This document shows positions 54,837-56,204 of a DNA stretch of 56,204 bases, in pieces. Under the pieces are notes generated by a model. That model did no database searches and was not told the DNA's origin. It worked only from the letters and a program-made list of their open reading frames with translations. Source of the stretch: a virus (taxonomy: Duplodnaviria > Caudoviricetes); the IMG/VR virus record IMGVR_UViG_3300049098_000061, positions 1 to 56,204 of that record. One strand, given 5' to 3'. The position numbers and the translations under genes were made by a program. Each line of letters begins with the position of its first letter. The first letter of the stretch is position 1.

Positions 54837-56141
54837 TTAAATTTGAGCGAAGGGCATTTCGTCTGTTAGGTCAGGTTCATACACTGGCTCCTCGTAGATA
54901 CTTCCAGAGAGTCTCCTTATCTGAGTAAGTTGTGAAGTACGCATGTTATACTCGACTCGTATACTTCCAGACTCTCCGTCTCTACCTTTGGTCAGCTTAA
55001 GCACTCTTGACTGTACCTCGCTTGTACTTCCTACGTCCTCTTTACGCTCGTACTCAAAAGAGAGTACTACACCGGCTATCTGTGGAATCGCAAAGCCCCC
55101 GCCTACTCCCTCTAACTTACCGGTATCTTTCTTGCCATACTGATAAGTAGCGAGTACAGGGATATTCTCGTTCATAGCAAGATTCTTGAGAGTCATTGCT
55201 ACATCCATGTTTTTCTCCCACCATGAACTTTTTGAACTTGATTGCAATAGGTATGCCCCGTCGATAACTGCAAAGTCTGGTTTTAGTTCTTTGATTACTA
55301 CCGTAAAGTCTTCGACCTTTGGGAACATACCTCCAGGTAGTAAGTAAAAATAGTTGCCTCGCTCTCCGTCATATACTGCCCCTTCCTCAATTATTCTTGC
55401 TGCTCGCTCTCTCCCAAAATAGCTCATTCTACCTTTCTTTAAATCATCAGTTGAGAACCTTCCCTCTATTGCAAGTACTCTCCTTGCAGTCTGTAAGTTC
55501 GGCATCTCTGTCGATAGGAAGATCACATTCCTACCACTGTTATGTGCTGCTTTAGCTACTTTAAGAGCGAGGTATGTTTTCCCTACTCCGGTCTGTCCTA
55601 CTATAACTATATAGTCTCCATCTTGTGCTCCTCCAGATTGGTGATCTATATAAGAAAATCCAAAAGGTACTCCCATCAATTCCTGAGTACTTTGTACCTC
55701 GTCATGTTTTGTTAATACTTCTCGTTGAACTTCTCTTATATCGACCATACGTTTACTAACGTATGACTCGCGTAAGTCGATATAGCCTCTACCCATTAAA
55801 TTTAAGGCTTCTTCAATGTTCTGCTCCTCTATCTGCCTACGCATGTCAAGCATGCACGAGTGCATATCTCTATAGCGTTTTCTCTCTGCTACCTCTCCAA
55901 CCCAATACGGCACTGCCTCGGCTGGCAAATCTGTGAAGGCTAGTTGCTCGGATATGTGTCTGCTTATAGTCTCTAGAGTAGGATACTGCCCGTACTCAAG
56001 AATAAATTGACGTATGAATCTATAAGCATCTAATTCTTTGTTTTGGAAATGATCTTCGGTTATAGAGTGATTTTGCAGACTAGAAAAAGGAGTGTCGGTT
56101 TCGATAAGAGCCTTAAACAACCCAAACCCTATACTCGACAA
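54837..56141 (-). CDS. Replicative DnaB-like (SF4) helicase
   Basis: Walker A GQTGVGKT, FLSTEM, Walker B VIDGAYLL, LK.LA...IPV...Q, K.RDGE; TTG start with AAGGAG RBS. Confidence 0.92.
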   Translation of the reverse strand: MSSIGFGLFKALIETDTPFSSLQNHSITEDHFQNKELDAYRFIRQFILEYGQYPTLETISRHISEQLAFTDLPAEAVPYWVGEVAERKRYRDMHSCMLDMRRQIEEQNIEEALNLMGRGYIDLRESYVSKRMVDIREVQREVLTKHDEVQSTQELMGVPFGFSYIDHQSGGAQDGDYIVIVGQTGVGKTYLALKVAKAAHNSGRNVIFLSTEMPNLQTARRVLAIEGRFSTDDLKKGRMSYFGRERAARIIEEGAVYDGERGNYFYLLPGGMFPKVEDFTVVIKELKPDFAVIDGAYLLQSSSKSSWWEKNMDVAMTLKNLAMNENIPVLATYQYGKKDTGKLEGVGGGFAIPQIAGVVLSFEYERKEDVGSTSEVQSRVLKLTKGRDGESGSIRVEYNMRTSQLTQIRRLSGSIYEEPVYEPDLTDEMPFAQI

Positions 56142-56204
56142 GTCAGTTCTCCTTAGCGTCTACTCCCGGATCTGCAATGATGACTACGGGAGTCGGTGAG
56201 TCCA

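Noticed and set aside
1849-55555. Plus-strand ORFs in the ORF track
   Set aside because: They lie antisense to well-supported minus-strand genes, show no recognisable motifs and read as shadow frames.
1-56204. Stop-codon recoding suggested by abundant TAG/CTAG
   Set aside because: Genes are full length under the standard code, and TAG serves as a normal stop for several genes.
1-56204. CRISPR arrays, tRNAs, integrase/att sites, DGR reverse transcriptase, introns or inteins
   Set aside because: No repeat-spacer pattern, cloverleaf, recombinase, RT or intein motifs were recognised by eye.

Overview
A 56.2 kb segment of a tailed dsDNA phage (siphovirus-type: HK97-fold capsid, PBSX-like portal/protease, long tape measure, GTA-like tail tip). 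All credible CDSs are on the minus strand. In transcription order (right to left): DnaB-like helicase, HTH protein, head and tail morphogenesis genes, large putative virion accessory proteins, a hybrid sensor histidine kinase, two exported FN3/LamG proteins, an ~11 kb glycan synthesis and tailoring cluster (4 glycosyltransferases, LpxC, an LpxD-like and two other hexapeptide acyltransferases, a GSCFA protein, a sulfotransferase), an NlpC/P60 lysin, a UDG-fused family A DNA polymerase, portal, a replication-initiator-like gene with an antisense sRNA, a 1096-aa MuF protein with three enzyme domains followed by three small genes, and a primase. No terminase, integrase, tRNA or CRISPR array was recognised. 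Headline observation: seven proteins (major capsid, tail tube, distal tail, tail tip, two decoration-like paralogs and one small protein) end in a poly-Thr tract closed by Val or Ile (T5-33-V/I-stop), written in mixed codons. Together with the glycosylation cluster, this suggests a phage-encoded, tag-directed, mucin-like virion O-glycosylation system. That interpretation is inference and untested. Family assignments come from motif recognition by eye, not from database searches. The host is probably Gram-negative (LpxC/LpxD homologues).
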